From sequence record MH791398.1: a DNA stretch of 64,000 nt. One strand, 5' to 3'. Shown here in pieces: positions 18,327 through 31,470 of this stretch; the first letter of the stretch is position 1; the number at the start of each line of letters is the position of its first letter. Below the pieces are notes generated by a model. The model had not been told where the DNA came from and searched no databases. It saw only the letters and a program-made list of their open reading frames with translations. The translations under genes and the position numbers were made by a program.

Positions 18327-21300
18327 ATGGCAAAGAAAGAGATCGTTGAAACTCGTTGTGGTATTGACTTTTACCTTAATAAGTTTAATGAAAAGTGTTC
18401 CACTCGAAATGAAATTATGGAATGTGAACGAGATTGGATAGGTTGTTATCTTCCAAAGAAATACAAATATGTTGTTATGGAGTCCGATGGATTGTTCTAT
18501 GCATATTCCAAAAAGCCCGTTCTTAAACAATACTCATGTGGTCTTGGGTGGGGCGTAGACTCAGTACAAGGTTCAGGCGATAATAACGTTGAGGTATGGT
18601 TTAATGATAGTGATTTCGGTTGGAAACCATGGTACAGTGGATATTGTAAAATCGAAGGTTAAAAATGACACCAGTCAAGTATTGCGAAGAACACCGAGTT
18701 AGGTATTACGAATATGGGTGTCCTCAATGTAACGCACGTAACGAAAGAGAAAACCGGGTCATAAGAGAGATGTCCATCAAGAAAACAAAGAATGGACTAA
18801 CATGGCCGTTGAGTAAATCGGAAAAGAAGGTTTAAAATGAATCAATATTTTGAAGTAACTGGCAATGACCCGCTGTTTGTTCTGTTGAAAGAATCCGACG
18901 AAGCAAATAAAGCTTTTAAAGATAAAAGCTCAAATGAAAATTGGGAATTGTTAAATCTAGCATATAATGCAGTAGAAGAAATCCTCTATAATCGCTACCC
19001 CGATTGTTTTGGTTGGCGGGCTACCTTATCTCCTTTTGATGCCAATTGTTTCTTGGTAAAAATTAAAGGGTAATGTCGAAAAGGGCTTGTAATCGTTCAA
19101 GCCCTTTGCTATCCTATCTATGTTGAAACAAAGAAGAGGAAATTACCATGGCAGAATTTATCACAGAAACATCCAACAAGGCTCATCGTGAAGTGGTTAA
19201 ACTTCGAAAGGCCATTCGAAAGGTGGATACAGCAAAGATTGCTATCTTCCGAAAAACAGATTTGACTGATGCATACCGAGAGTACAACTTCGCAATGTAC
19301 CATACGGTCGAGGAAACCGGATATCACAAAATGTATATCGACTTCAAATACGACCAACCTAAAGAGAATGTAACTGATCTGGTAGAAAAGATTGGTACTA
19401 TCGAAGGTATCAAGGTAGAATGGAGTGGATCAATGGGTAGTTCGATTGTTGTTACTTTCAAAGTAGAATAAGGAAAAATTATGTTAGTTTCCTCTATTGA
19501 TGAAAATGAAAAGCTCGTAGTTCAATCCAAGTATGATTCTGGTGTCCATCTAGGTTTCACCGCAGGCGTCCAGAAAGATGGTGAATATACTCTTACCACT
19601 CTAGACAAAGAGCTTACCGCCCAACAGATCTCATATCTTGAGATGATGTTGATGATGGAAATCAAAAAGATGTTGGATCCTCGTTAAGGGAAAATTATGA
19701 CAGAACGTAGTAAGAAAGTAGATCGAATTTGCGACCACATCAAAAATGGCAATTTTACAGGTGACCCAAAAGATAAAATTACTATTGCACAAACATTAAA
19801 GCTGAAATACCTCCCCGGTGGTCGTGACCATTTCACCGACTACCTTGTCCATGACGGAAACCATGGTTACGTTGGAGAAGTTTTCAGCCAAGACGAAGTT
19901 AATTCCATCCAACTAGCCTTTGTATTTCGTCAAAAGGCTGTAGAGGTAGAAAACAAGAATAAACTTTTCGACTCGATTGATATTTAAGGAAACATTATGA
20001 AAGTAGTTGTAGAGCATATTAAAGAAAAGATCTCAACTGGGGAATATGAAGTCAGCTGTTTTGTTGATTCTTGTGGTGATCTTCGATGGGTAATCAATCT
20101 AACAAAAGATATTACAATCGACCACATTTTTAACAAAGTCACTATGAAAGGTGTAACTTATGATGATGTTTTTACGTCGTCGGATATAGGAGAGATTACA
20201 CACTCTGTTAACGAGATGTTAGAACTAAAAGAAGTGTGTCGTCAAAACGAAATCCAGAAAAAACTTGGACAATATCTTGGTATTTTGGAAAAATAATTCA
20301 AAAACGCTTGCTCTCGGGTAAGCGTTTTGTTATTCTACCCTTGTTGAAACAAAGAAGAGGAAATGACATGACCAACTTTGAATTTGCTATGAAACGCGCT
20401 AAGTTCCAAATAACCAAGCACAAAGAGACTTTGATTCTCGCTGGTATTGTTGGTGTTGTTCTTTTCGTTATCATCCCTATGTTGAACGGTTAAGGAGTTA
20501 TTATGCTGAACCAACGTTATACTGTTAAAAAAGATTTTGAAGATTTCCACAAAGAATTTCCCGAACTGGTTTTGGGTTCTTCTTTCACGGTAACAGAGAC
20601 GGACGGACCCGGTATAATATCCATCATCATGGATAGTGGAACTGAATATAACATCGACTCATATCCTTGGTGTTGGTGCTTCTACACAGAAGATATGGTT
20701 ATAGATTACCTGATCCAAGTTGAAAACCTCTCAGACGAAGAAAAGAATGAGTTAATGGTTGCCAATTTGAAGAAGAAAGAAAAGGAGATGGAAGAAAAGA
20801 AAGCTTTGTTGTTGGCAAATTGGGAGAAGGAAGAGAAGGAGTTGATTGAAGCTCTGGAAAATCATCGTAAAAACAAACCGGGGGTTTGATATGATTTCTT
20901 TGGTGGTATTATCTTGTTATGCTCCGATATACTTCATTGCCCAGCTAGGGGAAAAGATCAATCGTGATGTGATTCTATCTTGTATTCTCATGATCTTTAC
21001 TATCGTTCTAGTAGTCTGTACCACCACGATCACCCTGAAATATGGATCGAACCCTTCTGTTTTGTTTTGGATTTGTCAAACGAACATCCTTACTTGTCTT
21101 ATAGCTAAAATAATTTCAAAAAGTCTTTGACTCTATAGCCAGTTCTGGTAATATACCTATGTACCCACTGATGAGGAAATTGAAATGAAAATTCTTTTTA
21201 CCGACCACCAAGCCGAACTAATCAACCGCATCAAGGCTTATCACGATAACCGTATCGCTCTGACAATTTCCCCTGAGTCTCACGCATTTCGCGATATGAT

Positions 21301-24300
21301 GGAAGGACAAGAGTTGCGCAATTCTCAATGTATTGCGCTCCGCAACTTCTTCGGTCGGGTCATCGATTATGATGCATGTGATAATGATATCGCTGCTGAT
21401 GAAATGACCAAATACATGTACGGGGTTATGCGTGACCACGTTCGCAACTGGCTGTTCGAGGAATAAGATATGAAAAAGATTATGGAAGCTCTGGGATATG
21501 TTTGGTTCGAAACCCGTGGCGATTTTGTTGCTACTATCGGTCCATGGGAAGAGAGTTATACCTATTATGAAGAAACTGATTTCCCTTGCTGGTTGAAACT
21601 AGTGGATTCTCTCGATAGCCCATACAACGCAAAAACAATTATGATTTACGACCGTGTTTCTGAATCTCTGGTGGGAGAAATTAAGTTTGAAAAATTGTGA
21701 TTTGATTAAGATTCTCCAAGAACGAGATCCAAACGCAAAAGTAGAATTCGTTTTCTTCGGTAATCATTTCGACGTAGACGGATTGGTGCATTTCGACCCA
21801 ACTGGTTATAACGCTATCGAGTTGTATGGTCAGCCACTCCATGAGATGGAAATTGTTGTTACTTTCAACCAAGGATAAAATATGATTCTTTACGCATTAA
21901 AACATAAGAAAACTGGTAAGTTGGCTCAACTTGATGTGTGTGGTGATTGCACTTATTTGGTGGATGATACCGATGCTGATACCGCTTTGTTTCCCTATAC
22001 GGAATCCAACATCAACGACGTAAAGGATGCGCTAGCTAATAGTAATGATGACATATACACATACATCAAACCAGACGATTATGATATCGTAGAATTTATT
22101 TTGAAATAAAAGGATATAAGCTATGAAGTATTGGTGTTTTCGATTGTCTCATCCGGTTGATATTGCTATCGCATGTGACTATGTAAACAAGAAATTCCCT
22201 GATCGTATTGGTAATGTTCCCGCCCAATGTTGGTCTTGGTTGAACAAAACATCTGAACAGCAGATTCATTATTCGGATCGTCATTCAAGCAATATGATTG
22301 TTTTCGACCCGGTTAACAAATGTTGGCTACTACAGAGTAATAGTTCATATGAAGTCAATCGCCATATGAAATCCGTAGCAGGACACTATGCCAATATTAG
22401 TAATGTAGCTAATGGCTACTGCGATATCCCGTTTGATGACCTTTACGAAAACCATATGGATAACGCACGTAAAGAGTGTACTATTCCGGACTCGACTCTT
22501 TCTACTCTGGTGCGTGTTGCAAATCTGGAACTGGATATGCATAATCAAGAAGTTCGAGCTTATCACAATCGCCAGTGTGAACTCCGTGCGGAACGAGACA
22601 GCAGCAAAATGAGAAACTGGAATGGAGATTTGTTGAAGATATACCGATAAATTAGTTGTTTTGAAAACTGGTTGTGCTACTATATCCATATCGAAATTAA
22701 CGAGGTAATTAACATGAATTTCTTCAATTATATTGTTGTGATGAAAACGGTTAACGGTATGGAAAGATTTTTGGTCTCTGCTATGGATCCTTCTAAGGCT
22801 AAGAAAAAGGTTATGGATTACTTGGTGGACGAATGCATTCCTTTTAGTTGTTCCTATCCGAGGAATGAAACTATACGAGTTGCAGATTCCCAAGTGGAAG
22901 AAATGAAAAATCGCTCTGATATCAAAACCCTTTATGTTTAAGGATCTATTATGAAAATCAAATTCAAATCAGAAGCACACATGAACGAGTTCGCAAATAT
23001 CAACCTTGGTTGGTCTTCCCACAATAAAGATCTGGTTCTTCGTCATGGTATGAACCCTTTCGAGGTTGAGGTTGATATTACCGAATCTTGGTGGGATACA
23101 GTTGATGGCGATTTCACTATCCATAAAACTGGTGAAGGAATTTATTTTGAAATAGTTGTTGCATCGTAGTCTAGTTCTGGTATTATATCCATATCGAAAC
23201 GAGAGACGGAAAGGAAGAAATCATGAAACTCAGCAAAGCCCAAAACGAAGTAGTTGCTATTTGTGTTGCGGAAGTTGAGCGTCTTTGGAACCAGTATCAA
23301 GTTGATTTGGTTCGTTGGGAAAACACTCCCAAGGGTAAGGCCAAAGAAGATATGACTTTCCGTCTGGGTGCTGTTAACCGTGCTACTGTTCGCGCTCTCA
23401 TTAAGGCTGGTGTTCTGATTGTTGACCACAAGTTCAGTGTCAAAGAACCAACTTTGAAGAAATATAACTATGGTCGCGACCGTGTTTATGGTGACAACTA
23501 CTACGAAGAAAATATTTACCGTCTGAACAAAGAATTTATAAAATAACGCTTTACTCTGTAAACGGTTCTGGTATTATGTCTGTACACCAACTGAGAAGGA
23601 AAACGAAATGAAAAAGATTGCCCAAGCTGCTCTGAATTCTCTGGCTCGTGATGGTTTTGCTTGTGATGGATTCAATCATATTTCTCTACCTTCTAAAGAA
23701 CTGGCTAAATGCAAGATCGCTCTCCATTACACCAACAATCTGGTTTATGATATGTTGGTTTCTATTGGTTGTTCGGAAACCAAGAAATCTTTCTCTTTCA
23801 TTCGTGATGTTCGTACTATCCGGTCTTGGAAAGATATGAATAGCTATCTCGAAATTCTTTTCAAAAACTTGAACGAAATGGTTTGACACCATCGTCGGTT
23901 CTGGTAAGATGTTCATATCGAAACAAGAGGGAGTATTATGTTCGCCTTTACTCGTGTAATATTTCTTGGTATTATCTATGGTGTTGGGTCTAACCAATGC
24001 GGGGAATATCATTGGGTTGGAACACTGTCTGTAACTCGTCGTGGGCTTGTGATAAAGTACTGTCAAGGTAACAAATGGCGTGTTATGCTGGTAACATCTC
24101 GCGGCCTTTACAAAAACATTCAATCTGGGGTATGGAAAGTATTATGAAAAGTTTTATCGTTTCCTTCAAAATTCAAAATGCATTTGGTGATAAAGTCCTT
24201 ACTGAATACGTTTGGGCATACACCCCGAAATGTGCAGTTGAGAAGATTCAAGAAAAATATGTTGGCGTTTATCACGCTAAAGCTAAACTTGCTATCTAAG

Positions 24301-25793
24301 GAGATAGTATGAAAAATAAAATTCTTGTAGAACTAGTTGCAAAACAAACCAGTGATCTGATAAAATCTAATGGTCATCGAATGGCACTGGTGGCTTTGGG
24401 TAAATGGATTGAAGCCACACCATACATCACTGACGAGGAACTGAATTTCCTCATGAATTTGGTTAAAGTATATCAGGAGCAATAATCATGGCTAAAGGTA
24501 AAGTAACTGCAAAATCTCTCCGCGCTGGTCAGACTGTATATCGTGTATGTGGCCCCACTGGTTCTATCACCAAGATTCTGATCACTTCTCGTCCATTTGT
24601 GTACAAGAAAAAAGATTCTGTGCTCAATGGTACTCTGTGGGTGAACTATCGTAAGTGGTTCAAAACCAGTAGTTACAAATTCGGTGTGGTTCGAGAAGTG
24701 AGTGACTTCTTTAATGACGATTTCAGCCTCACCGATGCTGGTATTGATAGTAGTCATCCGGGTGGTACTAATCGCACCTTCTACACTTACAACGCTGCCA
24801 AACGCTGGTCTGAGCACGTTAAATCGCTTCCTAAGAAACAGGAGTGCTGGGACGACGATCTGTGGAGCCCAACCGATTATGATGACTTTCTAAGGGGATA
24901 GTATGATGGTTTTGATTGATACAAAGAACGTCCAACTGTCATTGAAATGGATGACACCAGAAAAGATTGGTGAATTACACCACGACCGTGTGGCTATCAT
25001 CGAGTTCATTTTATCTCTGGATAGTAACCTAGTTCCATATGTGCAATTAAACTCTGATGAGTATAATTTTCTAAAAAATTACTTGTAACGGTAATCGATT
25101 TATGGGATACTTTCCTTGTTGGGAAAACACGAGGGAAGTATCATGAAAGATTTCAAAGTGACTGTTAAAGGCTCTACCGGTTCTATTTCTTATGATGTTT
25201 ACAAGACTCATAAAGGGGCTTTGAACTTCGGCAAGAAAATTGCTAAAGAAGCTTTTTATGGTGAACAGTGTGAAATTCTTGTAGAGGAAATTTGATTATG
25301 TATATTCGATTCGATATTCAAGACCTGTTGGAACTTCTGGAAATGATTGGTGTGGACCACGTTACCAAGACCAATTATGATGAGGACATCGGCTTTACCC
25401 AAATCGATTACATTTTCGATATTGACGGCCACAGGGTTATCCTGACTGAACCAAGTTTCAATGATTACGTTACCACCTGTGAGGTGAGTGATGTTGCTAC
25501 CATGAAATATCTGGCGGAAGAAAACAATATCCCGTTTGAAATGAAAGACCACTACCTGTAAGGAGTTTATTATGATGGATTTTATTAATAGTCAAATTGG
25601 TTTCGTTCTTATTACCACCATGTTTCTGTGTGGTATCGTGTTCAACGGTGTTGCAACCTATTACGAATCTCGCCAATACAGTAAGGTAGAGAAATTCCTT
25701 TCTTACTTGATGCACTTTGCCCTGTGTGCAATGTCCATCAACGGGTATGTTGAACTTCTGAAAATTATGGATTTTAGTAAGATTATGGGTTGA
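18327..25793 (+). CDS. run of about 28 small hypothetical proteins, several under their own promoters
   Basis: ORF track plus manually found short ORFs (18665, 24309, 25143); promoters at about 19087, 20308, 21127, 22657, 23159, 23549, 23883, 25083. Confidence 0.7.
19080..19143 (+). promoter_or_regulatory. PeSL-like terminator/promoter cassette
   Basis: AAAGGGCTTG/CAAGCCCTTT stem; TTGTAA-17-TATCCT; leader TGTTGAAACAAAGAAGAGGAAAT repeated at about 20342. Confidence 0.75.
20301..20365 (+). promoter_or_regulatory. PeSL-like terminator/promoter cassette
   Basis: AAAACGCTTG/TAAGCGTTTT stem; TTGCTC-17-TATTCT. Confidence 0.75.
22951..23169 (+). CDS. MK(I/V)RFK family protein, close paralog of 29444..29659
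   Basis: MKIKFKSEAHMNEF...WWDTVDGDFTI vs MKIRFKDEKAMEEF...FWDTIDGDFTI. Confidence 0.75.
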   Translation: MKIKFKSEAHMNEFANINLGWSSHNKDLVLRHGMNPFEVEVDITESWWDTVDGDFTIHKTGEGIYFEIVVAS

Positions 25794-25807
25794 ACGGATA
25801 ATACTTT

Positions 25808-26482
25808 ATGAATGTAAACGAAAAGAATGATGAAACGACAGTTAACATTATAAATCTTTTTTCTGATGAAGATATAGTAAAGATGAGGTCTTCATCTTCG
25901 TCTAATTATAGAAGTATTATGGCATCTGTATTTGACAATATTGATATATCGTCATATACGAAAGAAGACAAAGAACTAATCGATAACTATGCTCTAGACT
26001 ACTATATCAATACAAATAAGTTTCTTTGTGGTGAAGAATTATCACCAGATCTAAATCCATCAGCGGTAGATGTCAACGAATACATTAGAAAAATGCATGA
26101 CGTGATAGACCGTTCTTGCACTATATCCGCTAGATTGTATAGAACTATATATCTATCTAAATCTCAGTGGGAAGAAGTGCTGAAAAAGAAAGAGATAACG
26201 AATCTCGGGTTTTGTTCCACATCAATAAACCCAGTACCGTTTAAGCCAGTTGATGGGATGCGAGATGATAACGTAAAAATTCAAATCGAATTCTATGTTA
26301 ACGATATGAAGGCCATTCCAGTTTGCACAGTTTTAAAAGACAAAGAATCTTCTTTCAAATCCGAGATGGAATTTTTATTACCTCCGGGTATCACGTTTTC
26401 TATTGAAAAGATAATAAGTAACAATAAACACTATAAAGATAAGGCGTTTGTTTATAAGAGATTAATTTGTCGGATAAAATAA
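25808..26482 (+). CDS. ADP-ribosyltransferase (VIP2/ExoS-like; T4 Mod/Alt type)
   Basis: R-S-E triad: LYR, FCSTS, SEMEFLLPPG; upstream Y..INKFL-like helix. Confidence 0.8.
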   Translation: MNVNEKNDETTVNIINLFSDEDIVKMRSSSSSNYRSIMASVFDNIDISSYTKEDKELIDNYALDYYINTNKFLCGEELSPDLNPSAVDVNEYIRKMHDVIDRSCTISARLYRTIYLSKSQWEEVLKKKEITNLGFCSTSINPVPFKPVDGMRDDNVKIQIEFYVNDMKAIPVCTVLKDKESSFKSEMEFLLPPGITFSIEKIISNNKHYKDKAFVYKRLICRIK

Positions 26483-26488
26483 AATGAA

Positions 26489-26524
26489 AAATGGCTTGCT
26501 TCGGTGAGTCATTTGTTTTACTAT
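26489..26524 (+). terminator. cUUCGg terminator overlapping an early promoter
   Basis: AAATGGCTTGC-TTCG-GTGAGTCATTT; TTGCTT-17-TACTAT. Confidence 0.8.
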
Positions 26525-28745
26525 GTGTATATCGAAACGGGAGGTTCTTATGGTAAACGAAATGATGAATGCAATCGCTGTCAAGCTGGAAGAAGCAAAA
26601 TCCAAAAAGCGCCAAGGTCTGGTTTATCGCAACGCATATGCGGTACTGGAAAACGGCCCGGATAGTTCTGACTATGTTGTTTCGGTTCACGTAGAGGCTA
26701 CTATCGAATATGATGGAAAAGCGCGTGATGAAGCCCAACGCCGAGCTGATGCAATGCAAACAGAGCTGGGTTATCTTGGTTACGGTTATACTGTTGTTCG
26801 TGTTGAAGTCTAAGGAGAATATTATGGAAATCGTAATTGCCCTGCGTGAAGCTTTCGAATCCGTTAAATGTTTGTCTAAGAAATTTGACGTTTCTGACTG
26901 GGATTTTGTTGATAACATGAATACCCTCTCCAACGTCTATATCTCTGTTCCTATGGGTGAGGATGAGATCCGGGGTTATGTCGATTCGGCCCTTCGCAAT
27001 ATCAATGATGCAAAAACTGTTTTTGACCGTGGCGATTCTTATGAGGATGATCTGATTGGTATTCACCTTGATATGGCTCTGGTAAATCTCCGGGCCGCAA
27101 TTTATTACGCTTCTAAGTAAGAGGAAATTAATATGAAACTGAAATTCAAATCCCCTATTCTCCGCTCCAAATTCATGTCTCGTTTTGGGTTGACTGAATG
27201 GGGTAAGAAAGCCATTGATGCCATTGAGAATGGTGCTAATTGGCAGAAGGAAACTAAGTATGATGGTTATTACACACGGGATTACTCGTTTGGTAAGGAC
27301 TATCTGACCATCATCGAAAGCGTCTCTTATTTCGAAGTTGTCATTGAAGAAAAAGCTTGGTTGATTGCGAACGGATATGGCGCTGTTACAACCACTGATG
27401 AGAATGTTGCAGAACACTATTCTATCACCAACAAAACCCCTATGGCGGAAGTTCCGTTTATCCGTGTTGATGGTGAGTTGTATGTGTCCATCAACGAAGT
27501 TAAGATGAATGAATCCGTTCAAGCTCAAATTGATAAGCGCCTCAAGAAACAGGAAATTGCTAATAAAGCTGGTATGACAGTACAAGAAATGGAAAATATT
27601 TTTCGGAATTGATTGACTCCATTTGGTGATCTGGTAATATACACATATACCCACTGAGGAAGAAAAGGAAATTGCCATGAACTACGTCGTTTCCCTTGCC
27701 AAAAAAGTTATCAACGTTGCAGAGAACAATATCACTGATGAAGTGTATGATGCAGCTCAAACCGTGTGTGGTGTCGATTATGACTGGGCTTGCGAAATGA
27801 TTTATCTCGGTGATGTGGAAGAATGTATCGAGGTTATCCGGGCTTATATGGAGTTCCTGAATTGCTTCCCTGCTCAATATTGGATTAGCGATCTGAAAGA
27901 TGAGATGGAAGAAATCAAAAATCTTTTGAAAAATTGATTGACTCTGAAAGCGTGTTTTGAGATACTAGCTTTGTCGGGAAATGGTTCCCTCTCTTAAAAA
28001 GGAAATTGTCATGACTGCACAAATCTTCTTCGCCACTCGTTCCGCTGCTCGTGTTGCTGGTTTTGGTAAAATGACTGACAACGGTACTCAGGCCACCAAT
28101 CGTTGGGCTCGTACTGTAGATGTGAACTCTACCGGGAACAAAACCCTGTCTGTTGGTCGCGGTGTTCGTAAGAATGGTTGCAAGGCCGTTACCATCATCA
28201 CCAAGAAAGCAAAAACTCTGGTTCACTAAGGAGCTGATTATGTTCTCGTTCTTCCGTAAAATCGACCCCAAAGCCGCAGCCATGGTACAGTATATGGATA
28301 CTCATCCGACTGGGGATATCTTTGGTGATACGCCACGGACTGTTTTCTTTGAAGGTTTTCATCTTGGTTTTAGTTGTGATGCCGAAGGAAAACCCCGCAG
28401 TATTTTCCTTAACAAATCCAATACCAATGGCGGGACTACATGTATTGAGATTTTCGATATCAATAACAACAAGAAAGAAATCAAAGCACTGGATAATGCG
28501 CGACACCGAGCCCTTAAACGTTACAATAACCATACACAAGAAAAGGCCCAAGCCAAACGTCAGGAAGCTCTGGATAGTCTGGAAGTATGATGAATATCCT
28601 CATTTCCTTGGTTCTGGTATTACTCGGCCTCTTTCTTATCCATGTTGCCGAATGGGCTGGTAAAAAAGATGCAAATGGTGGGATTGGAGGGTTGTTTACT
28701 CTGGTAATCTGTTTTATAATGTTTGTGTTGATTGTTAAGGAGCTA
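26523..28745 (+). CDS. run of hypothetical proteins (about 26550..26813, 26824..27120, 27133..27612, 27677..27937, 28011..28229, 28239..28590, about 28587..28745)
   Basis: RBS-supported ATGs; promoters at about 27613 and 27938. Confidence 0.7.
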
Positions 28746-28747
28746 GT

Positions 28748-31470
28748 ATGAAAATTCGTTTCAAAGATACCGACGCCCAATATGAATTCTTGTGTATGTC
28801 TGATGCAAATGCAGCTATTGCAGAATATATGGGAATGGATACCCATGACGCCATTTCGTATGAAGAGTGTGGACAAACCATCATTGCTCTGGTAGACGTT
28901 AACGGCGACCCAATCACTGTTGGTGAATTCGACCAGTGGGAAGCACAGGTACATCAAGGTGAACAACAGTTCTTTATCATTGAGGAATAATTTAGTGTCA
29001 AAGACCAATCACATTCCGAGCATAAAAAGCGTCTGGGACCAAGGCCGTCATCCAGCAAACTCACGAATCATTGGCCTTGAATCATTAGCACGAAGTGGTT
29101 CAACTAGTGAGGTAAGGCGCAAGGCTATTGTGGCACTAAAGAGAGATTTCGGAATTGAATTCAAGGGGTGAATACTGTTCGCCAACTATTAGAGGAATAA
29201 GATATGCTGAACAAGAAATTCAAAATCATCGAAGAAGTAAGCCCTATCATGAAATCAGAGTTTCCACTGATGGAAGTGGGTAACTATTTCACAGTAAAAG
29301 AAACCCTCAAATCTGGATATACCGAAGGGATTACGGTGATTGAAATGGATGATGGTACTATCTACAATATCCAAGATAGCTCAATGTCTTGGTGTTTCTA
29401 TACCATTGGTATGATCCCGTGGCGTCTGGTGGAGATTAAGTAAATGAAGATTCGTTTTAAAGATGAAAAAGCCATGGAAGAGTTTTCTAAACGGGATCCG
29501 TCTTTCCACCGCCACAACCACAACATGGTTAAGAATTATGGTATGAAAACCTTCAAAGTAGAGATTGACGATACCGGTGATTTCTGGGATACTATTGATG
29601 GAGATTTCACTATCCAAATTGAAGACGAAAGCCATTACTTCACTATTGTTGAGGAATAAATTATGAAGATTCGTTTTAAAGATGAACAAGCCCATCAGGA
29701 CTTCTCCAATTGTCGTGCTAACGTTGCTATTGCAAACTATATGGGAATGGATACACACGAAGCATACAATTATTGTAGCGGGGATATTGGGCTGATAGAT
29801 GATAATAATTGTGGTATCACTATTCCAGATCCATATATCTCTGGGTTTGAAGGGTGGAATGCGGTTATCCATAAGGGTGAGCGTCGTTACTTTGTTATTG
29901 AAGGGGAATAAGATATGAAGATCCGTTTCAAGTCAGAACAACATCTACGCGATTTTAAAGCTGCATCGGTAGAAAATTTGGAAATTGCAGATTTTATGAG
30001 AATGCACCCTGTTGAAGTAGTTAAGATCCATGGTCATTACTACATCGAAACAGACATTCTTGATTCTACTCTCATCCTCGAATCCGAACACGATTTCTTC
30101 GATTGGATTGAAGATGATCCCAAAACCCTTTTCGATATCATGTTAGAAAAGAAGGCCGAATACGACAAGGCTTTCAACGACTACATCCAATCGGTTAAAG
30201 AAAACAGTTGACCATCTATTAGGTTATCTGTATATTGGTACTTGTCCCGTTGACATCAAAAGGAAATTTAAATGGATATTCGGACTATCTATTACGCCTT
30301 CGTTGATAAAGGTTATGCCAATCCAACTCATAACCTATTTGTTCCTGTTGAACGTCTTTCCTCTACTGGGCACAAAGTAGAAATGTCGGTTGCTAATACC
30401 AACTCAAATCTGGCCTTTACTTATGAGGACGATTCAGGTATTCTCAACGTGTACATTGATGGGGAAGTAGATTTCGTTCCCAAGGTTTATATCGTCAATG
30501 GTAAAGTCCAAAATAGTAAAGGAGAATAAATTATGTCAGATATTATGCGTATCCGTTTCCCCAGTGAAGATCACAGGAGTCGATTTATAGCTCATAGCGT
30601 ACACGCAAACACCCACATCGCCAAACATATGGGTATGGATTGGAATCGAGTATCATTCAATGGTCGTCGTTGGTCTCTGGTGGATGAGAACAATAAGGAT
30701 GTGGTTATTGGTGGTATTGATGTTGCCACTACTATCCTTCCTTTGGAATATCAATTTTTCGAATGGGATATTCTCCCAGTAGAAAATAAACCTTCCATTA
30801 AATCTCTCTGGGATATTGCACAACAGAAGAAAGCAGAGTATGATGATGCTATGACTGAATACAACAAAGCAGTAATGGAGAAGCTCGATGAAAGTGCGAT
30901 TTAAAAATCTCGAATCCAAGTTCGCGTTTACCACTGGTGGACGAGCTAATATGTCTATCGCCGAATACATGGGTAATGAGTTCCACGAAGCTCAAACGTG
31001 CTTTGATGGAAGCATCGAACTCGTGGATAGTAAAGGGAATAATATTACTCTCAATACGTATGGTAAAGCGGTTCCAGACAATGGATGGAATGCTTGCTTC
31101 TTTGAAGATGAAACTCAATATTTGGAGATGCATTATGAAGATTAAGTTTAAAGACGAACAGTCCCGACACGAGTTCCGCCAATGCGATAATCTTAATAAA
31201 GATATCGAGTTTAAGATTGGTAATGAACCACATGAAGTAATCCAGAATGAACATGGTTGGTATCTCTCCAATGATGGATTAAAAATAATCATCAATGGGT
31301 TTTATGCTTTCATCAGTTCACGCGAAATGAAGTATTTTGATATTGTTGAAGATGTTATCAATCCCATGGATACCATTGAAGCTCTATGGGACGATGTACA
31401 AGAAAAGAAAGCTGCTTTTGAACGTAGCTTGGAACTTTACCACGCTGAATATAATCGAATGTTCCGCTGA
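28748..31470 (+). CDS. tandem cluster of MK(I/V)RFK paralogs (28748, 29444, 29663, 29915, 30533, 30888, 31135) with interspersed genes 28995..29171, 29204..29443, 30272..30529
   Basis: Shared M(K/R)(I/V)(R/K)FK..E....F, N..IA..MG and E..YF motifs; 31135 is the true start within track ORF 30937. Confidence 0.8.
28995..29171 (+). CDS. hypothetical protein (58 aa, GTG start)
   Basis: The translation given for track ORF 28920..29171 reads on the + strand although it is labelled -; GAGGAA RBS precedes GTG 28995. Confidence 0.65.
   Translation: MSKTNHIPSIKSVWDQGRHPANSRIIGLESLARSGSTSEVRRKAIVALKRDFGIEFKG

Noticed and set aside
21160-21190. CTGATGAG...GAAA resembling a hammerhead ribozyme core
   Set aside because: No stem II or stems I/III can form; it is part of the ACTGA(T)GAGGAA promoter-leader/RBS motif seen at other cassettes
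26701-27678. 325-aa minus-strand ORF
   Set aside because: It lies antisense to three well-formed + strand genes with RBSs, has no RBS or promoter of its own, and its composition is typical of a shadow ORF
28920-29171. Track ORF labelled minus strand
   Set aside because: The listed translation matches the + strand; reinterpreted as a + strand gene starting at GTG 28995
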